From Pelomyxa schiedti (lineage: Eukaryota > Protista > Evosea), in NCBI GenBank assembly GCA_020536535.1, contig JAHLWZ010000919.1, forward strand, positions 1 through 47,693: a DNA stretch of 47,693 nucleotides, given 5' to 3'. A model generated the notes under the pieces. The model had not been told where the DNA came from. It ran no database searches and worked only from the letters and a program-made list of their open reading frames with translations. This document shows, in pieces, positions 1 to 12,035 of the stretch (positions are counted from its first letter, which is position 1; each line of letters begins with the position of its first letter). The translations under genes were made by a program, and so were the position numbers.

Positions 1-305
1 TGACTCCCATAGTTGTATTGTAATTATTTTGGTAGCCACTAACCCGGGTTTTTTTCCTTTCGTTCTTCTTCTGTTTTGTGCTTTTGGTACATGGAGAACT
101 GTATGTTGATTTTTTTTTTTGTTTCCTCTTTTGCGTGATATGGTTGGAGACAAGTCTACTTGTTTGTTTCAACTTTCTTTTTGGTGTACTTTGAAAGAAA
201 GGCAGATTGTTCTGATCTTTTCTTTTGCCAAATTACTTTATTTGTTGTTATTTGGAAATATTATATTGTGTTCCATGTGCCAACTAGTAGTTAAATCAAG
301 GTTTT

Positions 306-3300
306 ATGCGCCATGCGTCCGAACTGGACAAATACACAAAAGCTCGTGCGTCAGTTCCTCCAGTTGCAGAGCCAACTCCATCTTTCTCTTCTTATTCTGG
401 AATGAAGTCACAGTGCTCTGGAATCACTCCATCTTTTAATCGGGTAGCCCTCGCCCCACCAAATCCTTCCAAATCAAGTTTGTCATCCTTCCAATATTTT
501 GTACTCATATCACCTCAGGTACACCAGCAAGCAGCTTTCACCGGACTCCTGTAGATCGAGTTCCTGCCCCTAAGTCTACATTTCAAGGGTCTGATGTTGA
601 TTCACTGCTAGCATCCATGGGTATATTTTTTTTAAATTCAGTTTACACTTACCATGAACTCAATAAATAACTACTGTTTAGAAGAAGGTGTTCCTGATAC
701 GACACAGTCTGCCCTTCCCTCCATGCTTTCTGGGGAGATTTCACAAGCGTTAAAAAAGTTGGAAGAGGTATTCAATGCTGGATTTATCAATGAGGAGGAA
801 TACCAAGAAAGGAAGCAATACTTGGAGTCCATGGTTCCACTCAAAATTTGTAGGGTACACAAATTTATTTAAGTGGGTAACTGACAACAGGTCCTGTAAA
901 GAAAGCAGGAAATTACCAAGTGACGCACCGATCTAAGACAGCAATGAAAAAGCGACAAGTTCGTGTGTTTTTATCTTCAACGTTCTTGGACATGCAACGG
1001 GAACGGGATGAACTATTGAAAAATGTTTTCCCAAAAATAAAGGAACATTGTTCAAAAAGGGGGATAGCTTTCTCAGAGGTGGACTTGAGGTTTGAACGTC
1101 AGTTCTACCTTTTGTTGTAATGCAATAAAGGTGGGGCATAACAGCTGAACAAAGTGAGTCAGGCGATGCTCTCTCCATATGCCTCAATGAGATAGATAAG
1201 TGCCGGCCCTTCTTTGTTAGTCTCATAGGTTTCCTCTTCTTGCATTATCTTTGTTTAAAAACTGTCAAAATCCAGGGGACCGTTATGGCTGGGTACCTAG
1301 TACAATAAAGGAAGATATTTTAATCAAATACCCTTTTATCAGTCAGCTCGACTCACCTCGCAGCATCACTGAAATGGAGGTAAAAGGATGATTTCCTCAC
1401 GAAAAAATAGCTCACCTTACTAGGTCTTGTATGGTGCCCTCAACGATGTAGAGTCGGCGTCCCGTGCACTTTTCTATATGAGAAAAAGTTCAGATCTTTT
1501 GGAGACTGGTGACAATCCAGAAAAAATGCGAGACCTCAAGGTATATTTGTGGCCATTATTGCTTTTCACCAAGTAGATACTTTAGCACCGTATTCGTGTG
1601 AGTGGACTTCCCCTGAAGTTCTACAATGAACCTGGCGATCTTGCCAATCATGTCCTCAAAGACCTTTCAGATGCCATTTTGAATGAGTTTCCTGAAAACC
1701 AAGACCCTGATCCCCTCGATGCAGAAAACGCCTTGCATAGTGCATATGCAGCAACAAAACAAAGGAACTATTTGTGGCACTCTGGGATGTACGAAACACT
1801 CAGCGAAAAGCTTTGTACCAATCAGAGTGGGGTTCTAGTTGTTGGACCACCTGGCATTGGTAAAGCCTCCCTTTTGGCCAATTGGCATGAGAGGTATTCC
1901 CATGAAAAACAAGGCAACGAGGTTATTCTGTCACACTATATTGGTACGCCGTTTTTAAAACCAGCATCTTGTTTACTTGTTAATTACAAGGGTGCACTAG
2001 TGACCCTGCACTCAACACTGTCATCGTTTCTCATATATTGTCAACTATCAAGCGAGAATTTGAAATCCAGGATGAAATACCAGCTGACCCAAAAGAGATG
2101 CTAAGAGAATTCCCCAGATGGCTCACATTCGTACCAGCATCATGCCGTTTCATTGTACTATTAGATGGGATGCACCGATTAGGTTAGCCAAGATGTACTC
2201 TTATGCTTTTTCATTTTTTCAGAAAACAGAGAAGCAGCTTTGGAAATGCGGTGGTTACCTGAAGAGATACCCTCTCACGTTAAATTCATTATTTCCATGA
2301 GTGCCTCTTCCACACCACACTTGGCTCTCAATAACAGGTCACAGCTCATTTGACTTTTTCTTGTGAAGTCTGAAACAATGTTAAAGGGGTTGGCCATCCA
2401 TTTATCTGCAAGGATTTTCAGAAACCCAAAAAAATGAATTTTCTATAAACTATCTGTCTGAATATGGGAAGACCTTCACTTCCTCTCAGTTGCAGAGGTA
2501 CCCTTAATTCTTTTGAACAGAAAATAATATGCTTTCTAGGGTTGTCCAATGCCCCCAAACAGACAGTCCTCTTTTCCTCCAGGCAATATTGGAAGAGTTG
2601 CGCTTATTTGGTATTGCAATGTGCTGATCCAATTAAGCTAATAAGTTATCAGGTATATATGAACAAATCGATACCAAAATAAATTGGTATTTGGAAGCCA
2701 GAACTCCAGAGGAACTCTTCAAAAAAATTATTGAAAGATTAGAGACTGTATGTTCTACCATTATATTCTGGGGTGACATCCAAATAGGATTATACTCCCC
2801 AATTTGTTCAAGACACCTTGTGCTCTCTGCAATGCAGTCGCATGGGCCTCTCCGAAACCGAGCTAATTGGAATCACAGGCGCTACTCGAATGCAATTGTC
2901 TCAGTTGCTCATGGCATTAAGTGCGTATGTGTCAAACAAATCAGGCCTCCTTTGTTTCTGCCATGAGTATATGACCCAAGCAGTGCAGTCTTATTATCTG
3001 GAAAGAAAACCTTATCTTATCAAGTACTCTTAAGTGATTTCTCGGGTTTTGTAACCCTCAACTGTAGTGAGTATAAAGAGAAAATTATTGCATACTTCAG
3101 TCATGGTCCTGGGACTTCTGACAAGCCCCGTAAAGCTGACGAGCTTCCATGGATACTATCCCAGACGTATTATTCTTTTCTCTCTCTCTCTTATAACTGT
3201 TGAGAAGAAATCCAGAGAAACTTCCTGAGGCTCTATGTGACCTGGAAGTTTTTCTTCAGCTCTATACTCAAACTAGGAGATACGAACTAAAGCGGTTCTT

Positions 3301-4550
3301 GCTTTGAGATAGTCTTACTAGCCAAGTTTAACACCCACACAGCTTCTGGCTCATGGTACATGGAGTTACAGTAGGTCACGCAATGCAGAAAGCTGTTAAT
3401 GAATATGCGGCAGAGCCTGCGCAAATGGGAAAAATGTTAACAAAAGTTGCCCGCTTCTTGAGGTTTGGTTACAAACTCAACGCCTAGCAGTAATCAAAAC
3501 GGTTTCCTTGCAGAGAAATGCTTGACTATGCCACTGCCGAAACTCTACTTCAACGGGCAATATTAGCATATCGGTCTGTATATGGAGAGTACCACGCAGC
3601 AGCGGGGAAAGCTTTCTATTTGCTTGCTGAAGTACATTGGAATGCAACGGAACTTAAGAAAGCGGAACCTTTTGCTCTGAAGGCTCTGGAAATCCGTGAA
3701 AGGGTTTTAGGACCTAATCACTTACATGTAGCCATGAGTTTGTGTGGACTGGGAGGTGCCCAAATTGTTTTTCTCTTCTATCAATTCACCATGACCAGAA
3801 ATTTTCGTGGATAGTGACCCGCCAAAAGCTCAAAGGTTGTTTTTTTCCGTTTCGCGTTGAACTCCATCTTATTTTCTAAAAAGATATCTTGAGCGTGCCC
3901 TGAAGATTAGGTAAGCCAGAGACAAAATCCTACATCATTTCATTAGACTTGACACAGGCTTCTCCACTTTGGACCAAACCACCCCCTCATTGCCCGAATT
4001 CTCCAGGATTTGTCAGTGATAGCCGACAGCCAAGGAGACTCCCAGCGTGCAATACAATTATGCTCAAGAGCTTGTCAAATCCGCGAGAAGGTTATTTCCT
4101 CTGTCTCTATATTTATATCTAGTCCTTGCAAACAACCACCTCATTTCTAGTACACACACCCACGACATAAGCCAACCCGTAACCTGAAATTACAGACGCT
4201 TGGCCCAATGCACCCCCATCTCGCCACTTCATTGGAATCACTTGCGGCAACCTATAAACTTGCAGGTGAGCCCGAAAAGGCAGAGCCCTTGCTCAAACGT
4301 GCTATTACAATAAATAACAAGATACACGGCCCTGTGCACCCATCAAGTACTACCCCACGTTCTTTTTCTTTTGACACTTACCGTTGCTCAATTGTGGGAA
4401 ACAGTGGAATCTTGTTTGCGCTGGCTGGCTCTGGTGGCTAAAGATCTTGGGCAAGAGGCAGAACATGACAGATATTTAAGGGATGCAGATGCTGTTAAGG
4501 ACAAGCTGGCCTTAATGAACATCAAAGTTGGTGAAAGGGTAGATGAGTAA
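306..4550 (+). CDS. Multi-exon SHOCT + DUF4062 + NACHT-like NTPase + TPR protein (NPHP3/TTC41-like architecture)
   Basis: SHOCT-like LKKLEEVFNAGFINEEEYQERK (~750-815). DUF4062 VRVFLSSTFLDMQRERDEL...VDLR|WGIT...ICLNEIDKCRPFF. P-loop GPPGIGKAS (1844-1870) and Walker-B region FIVLLDGMHRLE. C-terminal kinesin-light-chain-type TPRs (ALEIRERVLGPNHLHVA, LGPMHPHLATSLESLA). Stop TAA 4548-4550. The start codon is tentative. Confidence 0.85.
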
Positions 4551-4612
4551 TGCCACCACATTTGGAATTGCAAGTGCTTGAGCAGTTGGGACTTGATTTC
4601 CTTAAGTTAAAA

Positions 4613-4679
4613 AATCAGATACTGAGAGGTTTCATGTCTTTTCAATAAGCGTTTGATTTCATTTGGATCATCAGATCGA
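4613..4679 (-). ncRNA. Box C/D snoRNA candidate
   Basis: Minus strand reads tcgatcTGATGAtccaaatgaaatcaaacgcttaTTGAaaagacATGAaacctctcagtatCTGAtttttt. Box C is 4673-4668, D' and C' are internal, box D is 4618-4615, followed by T6. ACCCACAA lies 63 nt upstream of the predicted start. Confidence 0.65.
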
Positions 4680-4734
4680 AGAACTCTTTCTTTAGAAATG
4701 CATCAATCCCTTCCAGAACCCCACTGACACGTAA

Positions 4735-4742
4735 TTGTGGGT
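4735..4742 (-). promoter_or_regulatory. DUSE-like small-RNA upstream element ACCCACAA
   Basis: Matches the Dictyostelium DUSE consensus WCCCAYAA. It lies at -63 from the snoRNA candidate, the same spacing seen at U1. Confidence 0.55.
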
Positions 4743-5018
4743 CTCACAAAAGCAATTAAAACTTCTGCGCGCCGTCTCCGCCATCGTGCACCCATCACGC
4801 AACTGTGGTCCAAACGGGAAGGTCTCATCTCATCGAGTGCTGGGAGATGAATTTCCTGAACGAAAAATCATGTCGGAGGGATTACCCGAAAACGAACAAA
4901 CCCAAAAAAATTCATCAGATAGGGGAAGCAAGTACTGCCACTTTCATTCGTCGTTGTCGTCACCACACCCCGAACCATCCAAAAAAAAAAAAAAACAACC
5001 CCCCCACAACAAAACAAA

Positions 5019-7760
5019 ATGAGTAGCGTATCGTGCAGTCGCGTGCGCCGTTTGGGCCACCGCGGGAGCCGGACCCGCGGCCGCGGCCCCTCCGGGCCCC
5101 TCGTGGTCGTGGCCACGGCGCTGTGCTGCGTAGCCTGCGCGGCGCTGGCGGCCTCCCACCCCCACGACCACGAGCCCGTGGTCCTGCGGCTGGTGAGGGG
5201 CACCGTCGACTCCACCCACATCGACGGCCGCTACCGCGCCGAGAGGTCCCTCCCCGCCTCGTACTCCTCCTCCTCCTCCTACCCCTCGCCCTCGCCCAGC
5301 CCGACCGCTGCCGCGGCGGACGACGGCGCCGGGGCAGAAGACTCTCGGCAGCAGCAGCAAGAGCAAGGGGAAGAAGCGGACGCTGAAGATGAAGAAGAAA
5401 CTGATGAATCCGGGGATGCAGTGGCGGTAGTTTCGGGGGCGGAGCCAACCGAAACGCCGGCATTCCCGTCTGATGAACAGCGCACCCTGTTCATTTGCCT
5501 ACTCGGAGGAGGCGTTGGGGTTATTGGCGAGTACTTCGCTGAAATCTCTGTGAGTATTCTTTTCGTTTTTTTTTTTTAAAGGGAAAACTAAACATTGACA
5601 TCTATTCACTTGTAGATTGGTACCCCAGCACAGGATTTCCGGGTACAAATTGATACAGGCAGTGCTAACCTTCTGCTGCCTAGCACAGATTGTGTTACCA
5701 CATCGGGACAAGGTACATAGAACCTTTGCTTTCTGCTGAAGATCTTAATGCCTTTCTAGAATGTCCGTACACAACAAATTTATACAACTACAGTGCCTCA
5801 AGTGACTCGTCGTTGTGGCCCTGCACTGAAACATGCGATTCTGGGTAAACTTTCATTTCCTCTTCCTCAAGTTTAACAGTTTTGGAGGTGCCTTGATGTG
5901 AATGGGCAAGACGCTTGCCAAATACATGTATCATATGGGGATGCCGCTTCTGTATACGCATACGTAGTGAATGATTCAATGAGAATAAGTAACCGCTGTT
6001 CTGAAACTTTCTTTTTGTCAACGTTCTCTTATCAGGCAACTTCGACCCAACTCAAGTCAGCTTGGGAGTGGCAGTTAAGGAAAGGGGAAACTTTGCCTCT
6101 GATGAGGTTACCAATAATTTCAACATGACGCCAAATCTCACAATTTCCAGGTCGATGGTATCCTGGGCCTCGCCTATGAAGCCATCTCAGTAGATGGCAT
6201 ACCAGGGGTATTTGAAACCTTAGTCGCTGCTGGTCTTAAAGATGAATTTTCAATCTGCCTCAGTCCCCTGGTGTGACTTTCAGCTTATTTCAGTTTCTTC
6301 TGACTTCAGCAAAGGGTGGATTACTTGTTCTTGGTGGGTCCACGGGAACATATACTGGCCAATTTACTTTCACCCCAATAAGTTTGTTTGTACTTTTTTT
6401 TTTTTATCCAACTCATTTTCCAAATAGCTCAGGAAGACTACTATCATGTTGAATTGTTGAGTATATGGATAGCCGATTTTAGTATACCTTCTCAGTCTGT
6501 TGGGGATGCCATTGTAGACAGTGGTACCAGTTTGTTACTACTCGCCAGTACACTTTATGACGTAAGTCTCTTCTCCTAACTGAAACCCCCGTAACTGTGT
6601 CGATACAGAAAATGGTGCAAACCTTGCAGCTAAACTATTGTTCCTCCACGTTCAGCTTAACGGGACTTTGCGGGAAGACAAACATATTTGATCCAAATGT
6701 TTGCTGGTACTTCAGTGACAGAACTTTGTCTGAGTATCCCAACATCGTATTCCGGATGCCAGACGCAAATAATCTGGATTCTGAAATCTCTCTCGTTCTT
6801 AAGCCAGAGAATTACTTTGTCTCCACACGAGTAAGGCAATTACCTCTTCCGCGTTATCTTACCATAAATGAAGGACAACCGAGGATCAGCATGCTTGTAC
6901 TTTGGAATACATAGCAGCGGAAGTAATGTGACGGTCCTTGGTGATGTCTTCTTGTCTCCATTCACCACACTATTCGACCGTGCCAATAGTCAAATTGGAT
7001 TTGCGCCTGTGACCAATTGTGATTACTGTGTGTACCCTCACTCTTGCAAAAAAAAAAAAAAAAAAACTAAATCGGAACAGCTCTCGTGTCTGAGACTTCC
7101 GGTGAGCTCACTGGAAAGAGAATTATGTATGTCGTAGCCTTTGGTGTGGCACTAGTTCTCATTGCAGCTTGCGCCATATTCTTGGTACTGTTCGTGGCGA
7201 TTGGAGTTGCACACTCCAAAAAACGGCAGCGTCTCAGTGAAGTACCTGACATCACCGATATCAGCGTTACAAGTACTTGTATAAACTCGGAACAGACTCA
7301 GCAGAACCCTGATCCTCCCAACCTCGGCTCATCCAACGAACCACAACCCAATTCCTCAGAAACCCCCGCGTCAGAGGGGACTTCAACCAGAGAAATCACT
7401 ATGGAAGGAGCGGAGCCACTTGAAAGTGAGGGTTCCAATGGGTGCATCACTTCTGCTGGAAGCGCTCCCACTACAAATGTTTCCATCCACAACACCTCCA
7501 CAAGTGCAGCAGACACAACTGCTACATCCCCTATTTGTTCCAGTCGGGTCCCATTCCAGTTCTCAGCATCAATACCATCCCCAACACAATTGCACCACAC
7601 AAAAAAGCAATCACACTATCACAACAATAAACACGCAACACACTATCTCAACAACAACAGACAAAGGAGCAAGAAGGGTGCCAACAAAAGGACCCCTCTT
7701 CTCGAAACTAGCATGCCACACCCAATGTCCCAACCACAACCTACTGTATTTCTACCTTAA
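5019..7760 (+). CDS. Pepsin-family (A1) aspartic protease with C-terminal TM anchor (BACE-like topology)
   Basis: N-terminal hydrophobic signal-like segment. GEYFAEIS|IGTPAQDFRVQIDTGSANL (D at 5652), VDGILGLAY, AIVDSGTS (D at 6517), VLGDVFLSPFTTLFDRANSQIGFA. A TM helix (IMYVVAFGVALVLIAACAIFLVLFVAIGV) is followed by a low-complexity cytosolic tail. Confidence 0.92.
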
Positions 7761-7918
7761 TAAGGACACCCACATAAGGGTGTTGTGTTAATACTCAAAA
7801 AAAAGAATGATTTTGGATGACTGCGTGCCAAACACTGAACACCCGCGAACAATCTCACCCTCCAGTCCACACCCAACTTGAGCTTCCTCCTTCACGTGAA
7901 CAGCTTTTTTTAGCCTAA

Positions 7919-9214
<1,296 letters not shown>

Positions 9215-9280
9215 ACACCCACAATAAACAAACCCCTTCAGACAACAACCGGCCATACAAGCGGGACTTTGACAAGCGAG

Positions 9281-9430
9281 ATACGGTATTGGTGAGGAGT
9301 CTTGTGAATGTGGCACGGAGTCCATCGCTCAGCACTCTCGTTCTGTGTTGTGCCACTGGTTTGGCAGACTCGGAACTGAAGCGTGAAGTGAGGGAAAGGA
9401 CTCTTCCTGCCAAGACACACTGCCAAGACT
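9281..9430 (+). ncRNA. Unidentified structured RNA candidate between convergent genes
   Basis: ACCCACAA at 9217-9224, about 64 nt upstream. Stems GAGGAGTCTT(9294-9303)/AGGACTCTTC(9397-9406), extended by TTGGT/GCCAA, and GTGGCAC(9310-16)/GTGCCAC(9350-56). G-U pairs favour the + strand. Confidence 0.4.
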
Positions 9431-9551
9431 GCACATGTCAAGTTCTGTTTATGGTTGGTTGTTGGCTTGTAACAGAAAAAAACAAATCTTTGTGAAAAAT
9501 CTTTTCTTTGGTTTTTGCTTCCAAATACCTTGTCTCTTCTGTTCATTGATT

Positions 9552-11982
9552 TCATGGTTTTTGGAGTGACAGCCACAGCTTGGTCGATTCATGTGCATAG
9601 CAGCGGAAGTTACAAAGCTCCTGCATTTCCTGCATTGTGACGTGAAACTTGCCCATTGTGAACTGCACATGTAGCGGTGAGGCTGCCACAATTGCATTGA
9701 AGTACCTCTCCTTGAGTACACCCCATGTAATGCCGGGGAAAAGCCTCAGTAGCAGTTTCCACGTTGCAAGGTCAACGCTGTGGCCTATCGGGGTTCTGTC
9801 AAATTGTTCAAGAACCTGTAATGTGCGTGATGAGTGCAAAAGCAAAATTTGGGTGAAGAAGTTGACATACACCCGGAAGTGTGAGGCTGAACTTTTTGAA
9901 TATCCATTCCGCACACCCTCGCTTGTTGCTGGAAATCAATCCTAGGAACATCCCGTATACAATTGGAATGTCCCTCGCTGCAATCGCCACTGTTGGTTCT
10001 TCAGTGGTAGAGTACACAAACTGTAACAGCCACTTTGCTATTTTGCTGGAACAGGAACAAGGATAGAGGCCATAGTTCACCATGAAATTTTTAAGTTCCT
10101 CAGCTGAGAAGTTACCAATGGAAGCTAGTTGATTGACTTCCAGAACCGTGCCCTTCTCAAGAACCCTTTTCAGCAATTTTACGAAGAGGTCGTGGTGATC
10201 TGCTGGCGATAGAGGGAACTTCCTCAAAACGTAAAGTGCAACTCTCAACTTGAAATAGGTAACACTTTCCACACATACATTGATAGCACTTGCAACTTCC
10301 GTTGGGCTGAAGTCGATATCATAGGAGGGTGAACGGGTGAGCAGCCACTGTAGCCAATCTACGCGGTCGGATGTGAGATGGCGGCACAATACAGAGAGAC
10401 AAACTTTCGGCTTTGTGCTCGTTGTGGTAATGAGTAGCTGCTCCAACCATTTTGAAGTCAAATCTTTCTGAGATGCTAATGCTCCATGTAGAGATTCCAG
10501 CAAGTCTTCAGTGCTCAGATTATCAGCCACCTTCTTGAACAACCACTCTACAAATGGTACGTTGTCATGCCTGCCTGAACACGCGGCAACGAAATCCTCA
10601 GGTGTAGGTATAATGCCTTTTTCTTCAGTGAACCACATTCCCAACTCGAGATCACTACGGTCGGAACATGATAAATTCCAAAGGGAATTAAGGGTGTGCT
10701 GAGCATATACATCAACAAGTGCCCACTTGACGATTTTCGCGTGTTTGGGTAGCCTCACCCACGAAATAAAATCCAGACCCACGCCTGCGTAACGCGCTCT
10801 GATCCATTCGCACAGATCAACAATTTCATCAACAGATTGGTGTTTAGACATTGCCACAGATATGGCAAAACGGGCTCGAAAGTTCCATTGCAGGAAATTC
10901 TCAGCAAAGAGTTTTGCATCATGGATACTGTTCTTGGCCAGGAAAGAGGTTCCTTGCGACATGAGGCTGCTGGAAACATCTCCCAGATCAAAAGTGTCCA
11001 CCAACCACTTGAGGATGTGAAAGCGACCATTAATGAAAGCTTGAAGCAGGCAATCTTGTAGAGCCAGCTTGTTGCTTTTGTTGATCTTGAGAAATGTGGA
11101 AAGGATCCACTTTAGTACATCTAAGTGGCCATTTGCACAAACGACACTCATGATGCGAAATATCCCCCTTTCGCTCCAGAATTCATCACCCAGTGCAGTG
11201 CCCTGATACAAGCAGCAGCTTCCAGAATCACCACTGTGATTCAGTGTCACCACCTTTGTGCAGTAATAAATAAATTATTACACACGCGAATCCCACGAAC
11301 CACACACAACATGTACATTGTCTTCTGCGGAACCCGCAGGAACCCCCCAAAAGTATCTTCTTCTCTGTCCCGGAAGCAGCACCCCCGCCCCCGTGTCGTG
11401 GGCTCGGTCTCCCAAATCCACCCAACACTCGCAGTTATTCTCCACGAACATCTGTGCCGCTCCCAAGTGACCGCCGCAACACAGCCCCGCCAGGACCGCC
11501 ACCTGCTCCCGCGCCCTCCTCCTGTCCCCGGCCCCCAGCCACCACCCCGGGTCCCGCTCCCACTCCCAGGCCCCTCCCCAGGCCTCGTCCTCGTTCTCGC
11601 TGCCGCCACCGTGCCCGGGGTGCGGGCAGTTGTGCCTGGCGGCTCTGGCTCTCGCGGCGTTGGCTATGATCCAGGCGACGCAGCGGGGGCTCGGGACCGC
11701 GGCCGCGTCCTGGATGGCCTGGTAGTGGCGGGAGCTGGGGAAGGAGCTCCGCGACATGGACGGGCACACGGCGCGGCAGCACAGCCCGACGAGGGGGAAC
11801 ATGGCCTCCGCGGCCCGCAGCGCGCACGACGCCACCGCGCTGGGGACGTAGCGGCACCACCGCAGGCGACCGCGAGCCGGCCCGAGCACCAGTGGTACTA
11901 GAACGTGCTCCCACACCACCCGCGACACAAAGAGTACCCTGTCCGCTTCTGCGGGTTTCGTCGACGCCGAGGCTGAGGCCAT
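9552..11982 (-). CDS. Degenerate ankyrin-like repeat protein (lineage-expanded hypothetical family)
   Basis: Three ORF segments are joined by introns; 11254-11316 (GTACAT...CAAAG) is phase 0 and in frame. Repeats GLCCGGHLGAAQMFV, VCANGHLDVLKWIL, AFINGRFHILKWLV and AACSGRHDNVPFVEWL. The protein ends STKLWLSLQKP*. Confidence 0.7.
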
Positions 11983-12035
11983 GCCCGAAAGAGTCCCTGC
12001 CTTTTCGACAAACAAACGAAAAAGGGGCGAGTCAG

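Noticed and set aside
4735-5494. Many overlapping ORFs on both strands here and at 8054-8824 and 11125-12498
   Set aside because: They are shadow ORFs of GC-rich exons (few stop codons), with no recognisable motifs.
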